Shown in pieces: positions 1 to 6,977 of a stretch of DNA of 33,901 nt. Source of the stretch: Candidatus Iainarchaeum sp. (lineage in GTDB: Archaea; Iainarchaeota; Iainarchaeia; Iainarchaeales; DTGL01). Every line of letters begins with the position of its first letter. Within the stretch, counting starts at the first letter, position 1. The position numbers and the translations under genes are program-made. The notes under the pieces are model-generated. The model made no database searches. It saw nothing but the letters and a program-made list of their open reading frames with translations, and was not told where the DNA came from. The stretch lies in assembly GCA_038886995.1 (NCBI GenBank), contig JAWALG010000009.1, forward strand, positions 1 to 33,901, given 5' to 3'.

Positions 1-564
1 GTTTGCTGGCGTTGCAATGCCTTCTTTATCTGCTTTCTGCAAAGCAATCAGCAGGCGCTTTATCTCTTGCATATTCCTGCCTGCAGACAATGGATAATAA
101 AGTATTGCCCTAACCTTTGCCTTATCATCAATTATGAACACTGCTCTTACTGCTTGCGTGCTTGAAGCATTTGGCTGCACCATGCCATACTTCTTTGCAA
201 CCTCCATCTTTATGTCTTCAATCACTGGAAACTTAACCTCAACATTCTTCATGCCTTTATACTCAATCTTCTCCTTTATAGTTCTGAGCCAAGCAATATG
301 TGCATAGATGCTGTCAATTGAAAGGCCTATGAGCTCAGTGTTAAGCTTCTTAAATTCCTCATGCATAGAAGCAAAAGCCATAAACTCTGTCGTGCATACC
401 GGCGTGAAATCAGCAGGATGGCTGAAAAGTATAACCCACTTGCCTTTGTAGTCCTCTGGGAAATTGATTTCGCCAAGGGTTGTCTTTGCCTTGAATGTTG
501 GCGCATCGTCGCCAATCAAAGGCATCTTATTGCAATTGCATTCCTTGCATTCACATTCTGCCAT
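1..564 (-). CDS. Peroxiredoxin, Prx6 subfamily (archaeal TSA/AhpC-type); 3' end runs off the window; missing from the ORF track
   Basis: Manual translation from the ATG at 564: MAECECKECNCNKMPLIGDDAPTFKAKTTLGEINFPEDYKGKWVILFSHPADFTPVCTTEF...VRAVFIIDDKAKVRAILYYPLSAGRNMQEIKRLLIALQ...ATPAN. PVCTTE is the Prx6 peroxidatic motif. RBS GAGGTGA lies just upstream. Confidence 0.96.
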   Translation of the reverse strand, partial: MAECECKECNCNKMPLIGDDAPTFKAKTTLGEINFPEDYKGKWVILFSHPADFTPVCTTEFMAFASMHEEFKKLNTELIGLSIDSIYAHIAWLRTIKEKIEYKGMKNVEVKFPVIEDIKMEVAKKYGMVQPNASSTQAVRAVFIIDDKAKVRAILYYPLSAGRNMQEIKRLLIALQKADKEGIATPAN

Positions 565-568
565 AAAA

Positions 569-721
569 TCACCTCTCTTCATTTTTTAGCGCCTTTCCAG
601 CGCTATACTCTTTCCTTTCAACAAACTCTTGCCTTTTGCCATCATTCCAGTTTTGAACAGGTCTATAGTAACCACAGACCCTTGAGTAAACCTCTATTTT
701 TCTTCCGCACTTATCAGTCAT
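569..721 (-). CDS. 50-aa stand-alone protein matching the C-terminal glycyl-radical segment of class III (anaerobic) ribonucleotide reductase NrdD; below the ORF-track size cutoff
   Basis: Manual translation: MTDKCGRKIEVYSRVCGYYRPVQNWNDGKRQEFVERKEYSAGKALKNEER*. EVYSRVxGYxRPVxxWNxGKxxEFxxR is the NrdD C-terminal signature. The ATG overlaps the rubrerythrin stop (ATGA, 721-718), and the ORF fills the gap up to the peroxiredoxin RBS. Confidence 0.9.
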   Translation of the reverse strand: MTDKCGRKIEVYSRVCGYYRPVQNWNDGKRQEFVERKEYSAGKALKNEER

Positions 722-1245
722 TTTGCACCACGCTCCTCTGACAAATGCAGATGGTCAGTTTCAACTTCCACAAGTGCATCGAATATTTGCTTTATTCTTG
801 GATGTGTAGCTTCTGAAGCTGCTCTGCGGTAAAATTCAATAGCCCTTGTTTCCCTAGCATGCGACTCCTGCAAGTTTTTGGAATAGTCAGCAGTGCAAAC
901 ATCATTGCCTTTAGGTATTTCCTTGAGTTTGAGTATTTTCTTCCAGATATTTGCGTGCTCTGCTTCAACCTTGCCTAAGGCCTTGAAAAGCTTCTTTGCT
1001 TCCGGGTCATTTGTTTTTTCAGCAGCACAAAAGTAGAATGTTGAATTGCTAACTTCAACTTGCAGAGCATGCTCGGAATTTTCCCTGTCTTTTGCATTAA
1101 GCTCTACTTCAAAGTTTGGCTTTGCATCCTTGAACTCTTTTATGTGCCTGCCGCGAGCGCCGCAAAAAGGGCAGCATGTTGGCGGCGCATATCCAATGTA
1201 AGGATCTCCGCAAATTTCACAAACCCAAAGCTTTGCGTTTGCCAA
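718..1245 (-). CDS. Rubrerythrin-family protein in reverse arrangement (N-terminal rubredoxin-like domain plus ferritin-like diiron domain)
   Basis: WVCEICG...CPFCG rubredoxin knuckles, followed by the E...ExxH motif twice (EVSN/EAEH and ETRA/ETDH). TTG start preceded by GAGGTGA. Confidence 0.9.
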   Translation of the reverse strand: MANAKLWVCEICGDPYIGYAPPTCCPFCGARGRHIKEFKDAKPNFEVELNAKDRENSEHALQVEVSNSTFYFCAAEKTNDPEAKKLFKALGKVEAEHANIWKKILKLKEIPKGNDVCTADYSKNLQESHARETRAIEFYRRAASEATHPRIKQIFDALVEVETDHLHLSEERGAK

Positions 1246-1251
1246 AAAAAA

Positions 1252-1647
1252 TCACCTCTTTTCAAGACATTTTTTGCAAAGGCCTTCTACACATATTATT
1301 ATTGATTCTGCCTTGAAACCTTGTGGATTCAAGCCAGAAGTGAGTTTATTGCAGAATTCTTTATTGCTGCAGTCAAGGACAACGCCACAATTCCTGCATA
1401 CAAAATGAATGTGGTTGCTCCTGTCACAGTCAAACCTATACTCATTGTTTACTTTAAAACGCAAAATCTCGCCACTGTCTGCAAGCTTGTGCAAGTTCCT
1501 GTAAACGGTTGCGAGCGTTATTGATGGAATTTCTTTTCGTACTTGCTCAAAAACCATCTCAGCAGTGGGGTGGCTCTTAACACTACAAAGATGTTCCTTT
1601 ATTTTTTGCATCTGAATTGTGTGTCTTGTGCGAACCAATAAAAACAC
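1252..1647 (-). CDS. Fur-family transcriptional repressor, PerR-like; true start may be the TTG at 1638
   Basis: HPTAE, SITLATVYRNLHKL helix, RFD, HIHFVCRNCG and GLCKKC motifs. It heads an operon of peroxide-defence genes. AAGGTG sits at RBS distance from the TTG at 1638. Confidence 0.92.
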   Translation of the reverse strand: MFLLVRTRHTIQMQKIKEHLCSVKSHPTAEMVFEQVRKEIPSITLATVYRNLHKLADSGEILRFKVNNEYRFDCDRSNHIHFVCRNCGVVLDCSNKEFCNKLTSGLNPQGFKAESIIICVEGLCKKCLEKR

Positions 1648-1653
1648 CTTTAT

Positions 1654-1692
1654 TGCAAATGATTATTAATTTATAACCATTCTTATTTAAAA
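1654..1692 (-). promoter_or_regulatory. TATA box (TTTTAAATAAG, 1692-1682) with possible Per/Fur-box-like operators between it and the perR-like start
   Basis: TTATAACCATTCTTA (1671-1685) matches 11/14 and TGCAAATGATTATTA (1654-1668) matches 10/14 of the Bacillus Per box TTATAATnATTATAA. The AT-rich background weakens this. Confidence 0.4.
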
Positions 1693-1777
1693 CATATCGC
1701 AAGCTTCTAAAATTCGGGGCACTCAAAAGGTTTAAATATACCTTAAAACATAATTATCAAAGGCGAAAGGTGTTTTT

Positions 1778-2233
1778 ATGCTGAAAAGAAGGATTTACTA
1801 CATAAGCGAAAAAAACCTTCATTTAGTGCGTCTCATTGGCTCATTCATATTTTTTGGCGCGCTGATAATGATCCTTTATTCAGCAGCCACAATGTTTAAC
1901 GACTGGGACGCAATAAAAGCATATGAAAAATGCACCTTTTCGAAACTAGAGTGCAAGGATGCGCTTTACAAGACAACTGGAGTATATCCAGCCGGCAACT
2001 ATTATGATCTTAACACAAAGCAAAAGTTCATGATTATGGTAAAGCCAGTAGCAATGCTTTTCTTCTGGGCAATTGTTTTCTTCTTAGGTCTTTTGCTTTA
2101 TGGCTGCAGAAAAATAAGCATCACATTCCACGAAGCAGAGAAGGCAGAACACATATTGCATGCTAAAGTAAGGCAGAAAGAAGAAACTAAGGTAGAAAAA
2201 GAGGAAGAAAAGAAAAAGAAGGAAAAAGAATAA
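1778..2233 (+). CDS. Hypothetical membrane protein with two TM helices and a Glu/Lys-rich tail
   Basis: AAGGTG RBS, upstream TTTAAATA box, two hydrophobic segments flanking a small loop with two Cys. Confidence 0.75.
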   Translation: MLKRRIYYISEKNLHLVRLIGSFIFFGALIMILYSAATMFNDWDAIKAYEKCTFSKLECKDALYKTTGVYPAGNYYDLNTKQKFMIMVKPVAMLFFWAIVFFLGLLLYGCRKISITFHEAEKAEHILHAKVRQKEETKVEKEEEKKKKEKE

Positions 2234-2263
2234 TGTTTGCTGCTGGCAAATTGGCACAAAAAA

Positions 2264-3454
2264 TTACTGAACTTCTATAAGCTTTAGCTTCTTTGGCTTT
2301 GCGTCTAGTTTGCCTATTTTTGCGCCGACTATCTCTGTTACTCCGGCTTCCTCAGCAACATCAACAAGGCGCTTGGTTATTATGCCGTCAAGCACAACAA
2401 CTTTTGCACCTTTTGTCTCGTTAATTGTCTTGAGCAGGTCCCTTACAGCGACTGTTGCAATCTCATTCATGCCTTCGCCAAATATTTTTGCCTTAAGTGT
2501 GCCTCTCAATTCTGCCATTACCGCAGCGTATGGGCTTGGCATTTCTGCAATGGACTCAGTAGCAGTTTCCTTGGCTATTGCACTTAGCTCTGCAACTATG
2601 TTTTCTGGAATATCCTCTACCGGCTGAGGCGCAAGCTTAATCTCGCTAGCAGGAACCTTCTTGCGCAAAGCCATTACTATTTCCTTGTTTGTTAGTTCCT
2701 CAACCTCTTTGCCTTCAGGCGCCCTAGCAACAAAGTCAACCTTTGCCAATTGCATTAGCTTCCTTAGTATAAGCTCCCCGCCACGGTCACCATCAACAAA
2801 AGCAACTACTTTCTTGCGCTTCGAAAGCTCAACTATTGTAGGTGATATCTTTGATCCATCCATTCCAATTACATTCCTTATGTTGTTCTTGAGCAAAGTA
2901 AGCACATCCGCTCTGCCCTCAACCACAATAACATGATCAGAGGTCTCAACAGCATCACCGGCAGGCAGCTTATCAGGGCCGTACTCAGCCAAAGCAGAAA
3001 CCCTTAAGCGCTCCTTTACCGTCTTGATTAGCTCCTCTGTCTCAGGAATCTGCTCATGCATTGCCTTATCCAGAAGCTCCTGCGCTCTTGCCACTATCTG
3101 TTCCCTTTTCCATGTTCTCTTGTCCTTTACATTAACGACCTTGAATGTTGCATTGCATGGACCAACTTTGTCAACGGTTTCAATTGTTGCACCTATAATG
3201 CATGTCTCTACAATATCCAAAGAACTTGGCACAACAAGGTTGCCTGTTGTTATCCCATTCTGCACATTTGCAATTATTTCTATGCGACCAATCTTGCCAT
3301 TCTTCTGAAGTTCCCTTAAGTCGAGATCTTCGCCGAGGAGGCCCTCGCTTTGTCCAAATATTGCTCCAACAACATCGTGCTTATCAACAACGCCTTCAAT
3401 CTTGAATACGGCGCTTATTTCGTACTTTGTAGAGTTTATGTATGTTTTTGCCAT
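2264..3454 (-). CDS. dnaG: Archaeal DnaG (TOPRIM; bacterial-type primase and exosome-associated subunit)
   Basis: N-terminal KY..A.F.IEGVVDKHDVVGAIFGQSEGLLG..LDLRELQK.GKIGRI, TOPRIM VVEGRADV and FVDGDRGG motifs, C-terminal DGIITKRLVD; GAGGTGA RBS. Confidence 0.97.
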   Translation of the reverse strand: MAKTYINSTKYEISAVFKIEGVVDKHDVVGAIFGQSEGLLGEDLDLRELQKNGKIGRIEIIANVQNGITTGNLVVPSSLDIVETCIIGATIETVDKVGPCNATFKVVNVKDKRTWKREQIVARAQELLDKAMHEQIPETEELIKTVKERLRVSALAEYGPDKLPAGDAVETSDHVIVVEGRADVLTLLKNNIRNVIGMDGSKISPTIVELSKRKKVVAFVDGDRGGELILRKLMQLAKVDFVARAPEGKEVEELTNKEIVMALRKKVPASEIKLAPQPVEDIPENIVAELSAIAKETATESIAEMPSPYAAVMAELRGTLKAKIFGEGMNEIATVAVRDLLKTINETKGAKVVVLDGIITKRLVDVAEEAGVTEIVGAKIGKLDAKPKKLKLIEVQ

Positions 3455-3484
3455 TATTTCACCTCTTTTTTACTTTGTAGAATT

Positions 3485-3550
3485 AGGCAATCGAAATACA
3501 CTAAGAATAATTCTAAATAAAATGAATATTACCAGTGATAATGATTGCCT
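3485..3550 (-). promoter_or_regulatory. Putative long imperfect hairpin in the dnaG 5' leader
   Basis: Perfect 8-bp inverted repeat AGGCAATC (3485-3492) / GATTGCCT (3543-3550) enclosing nested complementary segments CACT/AGTG and AATA-TTC/GAA-T-TATT. Confidence 0.5.
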
Positions 3551-3614
3551 TCTTTATTAAAATTATATCTGCTTGCAAGGTTTTTTAAGGTTGACTTTGG
3601 GGCAATAGCAGTGC

Positions 3615-4640
3615 TTACTTTGTTGGCATCTGGATAGCAACTTCTTTTTGCAGTGTTTTGCCACCAGCAGTTACAAAAGAAATTGCTAAATTGCACTTTT
3701 CATAGGAGATTATCTGATTTGATTTTATGGCAAGGTTTACATCGGAGTATCTGATGTTGAAGTAATAGCTTATTGTCTCTCCAAGATATGGATTGGTAAA
3801 AGTAAAGTCCTTTGGCTTTATTTCCCTGCGGTCTTCAAATATGGCGTTGCCTTGTGAGTTGTAAATCTTTGTCTCTAGCGTACCTGATGTGGCAACAAAG
3901 GTTGTGCCTTTTGAAAAGCGAACAGTTACAGTAATGCCTGTTGTGCTCGTATTGGAATAAATGCCTTCTATGCTTTCCGGCTCACAGGCATAATTCTCAA
4001 TATCAAGAAGTTCCTTAATGTTATTCGTTTTTTCGAGCTTGTTGTAAGTTGCTCTGCCAGAAACTTTCTTTCCGCCTTCGGGGGTAAATTCTATTAACAC
4101 ATAGCCCCTTGGATCAACGCTTTTGTTTATGTCGCTCTTATTTATTTGAAGCTCATAGCTTGTGCCCTTAAATTCGTGCTTGCCAACATAAAAAGTTTTA
4201 GTATAAAGCACCTTTTCGAAAAAATTCCTGACCTCAACTGTTGCAACGCCATCTTCAACAACTTCAGCGCCAGCAGAGTCAAGAAGCTTAAACCTTACAA
4301 TCAAACCATTTGAGTCCTCGGCTGAAACTGAAATGCTCTCAACAGAGCTTTTTTTCTCAATTGGCGTTGGCGTCTCTTCTAGTGAAGGCGGTTTTTCCGG
4401 TGTTTCTTGATTTTCGGTTGGCTCTGGTGTCCTTGATACTTGTGGCTTGTTTTCCACCTTAGGTGGGCTTGATAAAAAAACAAAATAAACTAAAGCCAAA
4501 AGAATAACTATAACTACTAAAACAGAAAAAAGGAAAATCTTCTTCTTACTTTTCGGTTTCTCCTCTTTAACTAATACATTTTCGGTTGTTTGCTCGGGGC
4601 TAACACTGACTACGGAATCGTCGTATATCTTAAAAATCAT
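3615..4640 (-). CDS. Membrane-anchored surface protein with a Pro/Glu/Thr-rich stalk and two tandem homologous beta-rich domains
   Basis: KKK plus a TM helix, a PEPTENQETPEKPP linker, and duplicated motifs ESI..VRF..G....  and F..(E/A)GGK. Confidence 0.75.
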   Translation of the reverse strand: MIFKIYDDSVVSVSPEQTTENVLVKEEKPKSKKKIFLFSVLVVIVILLALVYFVFLSSPPKVENKPQVSRTPEPTENQETPEKPPSLEETPTPIEKKSSVESISVSAEDSNGLIVRFKLLDSAGAEVVEDGVATVEVRNFFEKVLYTKTFYVGKHEFKGTSYELQINKSDINKSVDPRGYVLIEFTPEGGKKVSGRATYNKLEKTNNIKELLDIENYACEPESIEGIYSNTSTTGITVTVRFSKGTTFVATSGTLETKIYNSQGNAIFEDRREIKPKDFTFTNPYLGETISYYFNIRYSDVNLAIKSNQIISYEKCNLAISFVTAGGKTLQKEVAIQMPTK

Positions 4641-4708
4641 GCCAAAAACACCATGATACTTGATTAATGTAAACCTTATTAAAAAATCTTTCGCATTACC
4701 AGAATTTC

Positions 4709-5107
4709 ATGGCGCGATACAATAAAGGCGCAAATGCTGAAAGAGAACTGCTTGGAATGTTCTACAATGCTGGCTTTGCGGTTGTTCGCGTTGCTGGCTC
4801 TGGTGCCTCAAAATTCCCCGAACCTGACTGCTTGGTCTTCAGAAAAGAAAAAAAATTTGCATTTGAATGCAAGGCACGCTCAGGAAAATACCTTAACATA
4901 GCTAAAGAACAACTTGAAAGTTTGACTGCCTGGGCTGATAAAGCAGGCCTTTGCGCCTATGTTGCCTGGAAAATACCCAGGAGGGGTTGGCTTTTCATTA
5001 AGCCGGAGTGCTTTGCACTAAGAAAAAAGGGCTATGCGATTGACATAAATGCTGCTTTGCGCCTAGGCAAAACATTTGAGGATCTTGCTCAAAAGGAGGT
5101 GAAATAA
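4709..5107 (+). CDS. hjc: Archaeal Holliday junction resolvase
   Basis: KGANAEREL...GFAVVRVAGSG...PD...FECK: PD-(D/E)xK Hjc signature; 132 aa. Confidence 0.95.
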   Translation: MARYNKGANAERELLGMFYNAGFAVVRVAGSGASKFPEPDCLVFRKEKKFAFECKARSGKYLNIAKEQLESLTAWADKAGLCAYVAWKIPRRGWLFIKPECFALRKKGYAIDINAALRLGKTFEDLAQKEVK

Positions 5108-5223
5108 TGAGCATGGACGAAGAAAAGCTAAAAACGCTTAAAGGGATATACATAAACACTACAGCAATATTGTTGCTGAACTGTGTTATAGTCGGAATTA
5201 TGCTCACGAAGTTCTTGCTTTAA
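5107..5223 (+). CDS. 38-aa single-TM small protein translationally coupled to hjc; not in the ORF track
   Basis: MSMDEEKLKTLKGIYINTTAILLLNCVIVGIMLTKFLL*. Strong GGAGGTGA RBS at 5095-5102, TAATG overlap with the hjc stop, and the stop overlaps the convergent gene's stop. Confidence 0.7.
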   Translation: MSMDEEKLKTLKGIYINTTAILLLNCVIVGIMLTKFLL

Positions 5224-5870
5224 ACAATAGAGGCACTGAAAAACATAACTGTGCCTGTGATTGCAATTGTAATTATAAGTATAAGCAGGTCCATTGTAAT
5301 GTACTGAAACTGAGTAATAAGCAGATAAAGTGCAGTAACAAAAAAGGCAATGCCGCCAAGTACAAGCAGCAGCGCAACCCACTCGTTTTTTGTGCCAAGG
5401 CGCCTCATCTTCATGTCCTTTACCTCTTGCCTTAAGGCAGCAACCTTTTCTTCAATGCTCCTTGCCTTTTCAATTGAAGTGTTATTAAGGTCGTGCAAAA
5501 GATTTATGTCACGCTTAAGGTCTTCGCGTATCTCTGCCAGGCCACCTCTAAGCTCGCTTTTCATCTTGCTTTCGAGGTCGCTTCTTAGTTGCAAAATTGC
5601 TCTGTCAACGTATGTTTGAAGCCTTGGGAGCTCATTGCTTATTTGCTCTCTTGCAATCTTGCCTATCTCTGCCTCTAAAAGGGCGAAGGTATCAGCTTGG
5701 GAGACAGATAAGAGGCGTCTTGCTTGGTTTTCCGTTAGACCTGTCTGAATAAGTGTCCTTATTATTGACTCTTCGCTTTCGCCGGCTCGCATTAAGTCCT
5801 TTATTATTTTTACGACATTGGTTTCCTTCTGCTTGAAGTCCTGTGGTGGCATTTCTTCCAAAAGCATCAC
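5220..5870 (-). CDS. Hypothetical coiled-coil protein with two C-terminal TM helices
   Basis: Heptad-rich middle region and two hydrophobic segments at the C-terminus; overlaps the upstream gene's stop. Confidence 0.75.
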   Translation of the reverse strand: MMLLEEMPPQDFKQKETNVVKIIKDLMRAGESEESIIRTLIQTGLTENQARRLLSVSQADTFALLEAEIGKIAREQISNELPRLQTYVDRAILQLRSDLESKMKSELRGGLAEIREDLKRDINLLHDLNNTSIEKARSIEEKVAALRQEVKDMKMRRLGTKNEWVALLLVLGGIAFFVTALYLLITQFQYITMDLLILIITIAITGTVMFFSASIV

Positions 5871-6496
5871 GCCTCTATTTCAATTTTTTTAGAAATTTCT
5901 TTCCTAAAGAACTCTCCTGAAATAATGAAAATAACTTCAGTATTTCCACCCCTTATGGGCCTATACTCAAATGCAGTTTTTCTGCAGCTGCCTGCCTTTA
6001 TGCCCAATAATATAGTTTTGTTTTCCTCTTTTATAAAGGTTGCGTCATGCGTTTCAGAAACATTGACAAACATCTCTTCTGTAGTTTTGTTGCATATGGT
6101 TAAGTAAACCTTAAAAGTGGAGCCCAATTTTGCCTTTTCTTGTTCAAACTCAATGCTTAAAAGGTCTTCAGGTGATTCCGCAAATGCATATTGCCTTGTT
6201 TCCTTATGGAAAGGTGCTCTTGCTGTGACAAACCCAATTTTTTTGTCGGATGGCAATATAATGCGTGCTTTTTGGGATGGTGCTAACTCTGGTATGCAGT
6301 CAATTATAACTCCTGAATCGGTCTCAACTGTGATTTGCCTTATTATATGGCTACTTTCATTTTTCAGGTAAAGCTTCTCATCTATTATTTCAAATTTCAA
6401 TCCCGGGGCAAAAAAAACCAAGTAAGCAGCCAATGAAAAGTAAGCTACAAAAATAAATGAAAAAACGGCAATGAGGCGCTTAACTTTTTCATCCAT
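5867..6496 (-). CDS. Hypothetical membrane-anchored protein with Ig/CARDB-like beta domains
   Basis: N-terminal TM helix followed by beta-strand patterns (LYLKNES..I..ITV; VYLTICNKT). Confidence 0.7.
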   Translation of the reverse strand: MDEKVKRLIAVFSFIFVAYFSLAAYLVFFAPGLKFEIIDEKLYLKNESSHIIRQITVETDSGVIIDCIPELAPSQKARIILPSDKKIGFVTARAPFHKETRQYAFAESPEDLLSIEFEQEKAKLGSTFKVYLTICNKTTEEMFVNVSETHDATFIKEENKTILLGIKAGSCRKTAFEYRPIRGGNTEVIFIISGEFFRKEISKKIEIEA

Positions 6497-6538
6497 AGTT
6501 TATATATAGAAAATCTTTATTTATATTTTTAACCGAGT

Positions 6539-6892
6539 TCATAAAAGCTTTAGGCCTGAAAAAATTTTATCTAAAACCTCAGAAGGTGCTGGGCCTGAGG
6601 CAAAGCAGGTTATTGTGCCTGGCTCTGTCTGGGTAAGGCCAGCATCTTTTATAAGAGCGGTCGGAACAATATTCTTTGACTTGTTGTAAAGCATCAAGAG
6701 GTCTTTTTCATCTGGAACTTTAAGCACTATTTTGGCTTTTCCGCTTTCAGCCCAGGAAATGGCCCACTCTGGTCTTTCCTTAAGAACTTTCTCATAAGCT
6801 TCGAGCGATGCGTGCGCTACTTGCGCTGCTATCTTTCCTTTGCCAAGCTTAAGGTCTGACCTTACAACAATGGTTTGCTTGAACTCAGCCAT
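6539..6892 (-). CDS. pth2: Peptidyl-tRNA hydrolase, archaeal/eukaryotic type
   Basis: KQ.IVVRSDLKLGKGKIAAQVAHA, KIVLKV, DAGLTQ..PGT.T and GPAP...D....LKLL motifs. Confidence 0.97.
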   Translation of the reverse strand: MAEFKQTIVVRSDLKLGKGKIAAQVAHASLEAYEKVLKERPEWAISWAESGKAKIVLKVPDEKDLLMLYNKSKNIVPTALIKDAGLTQTEPGTITCFASGPAPSEVLDKIFSGLKLL

Positions 6893-6977
6893 ATGTAAGC
6901 AAACCTTGTTTATTATTAAAAAAGTTGCTGAAAAGGCAAGGCAAAGTTTATATTTAAAATAGAGTTATAGTATATTC

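Noticed and set aside
327-741. ORF-track calls 327..515 (-) and 361..741 (+)
   Set aside because: They overlap the clearly recognisable peroxiredoxin and NrdD-like ORFs in other frames.
2170-2233. Purine-rich low-complexity tract
   Set aside because: It simply encodes a Glu/Lys-rich tail.
3535-3550. GATAATGAT Fur-box-like half site upstream of dnaG
   Set aside because: Only one half matches, and it is better explained as one arm of the hairpin.
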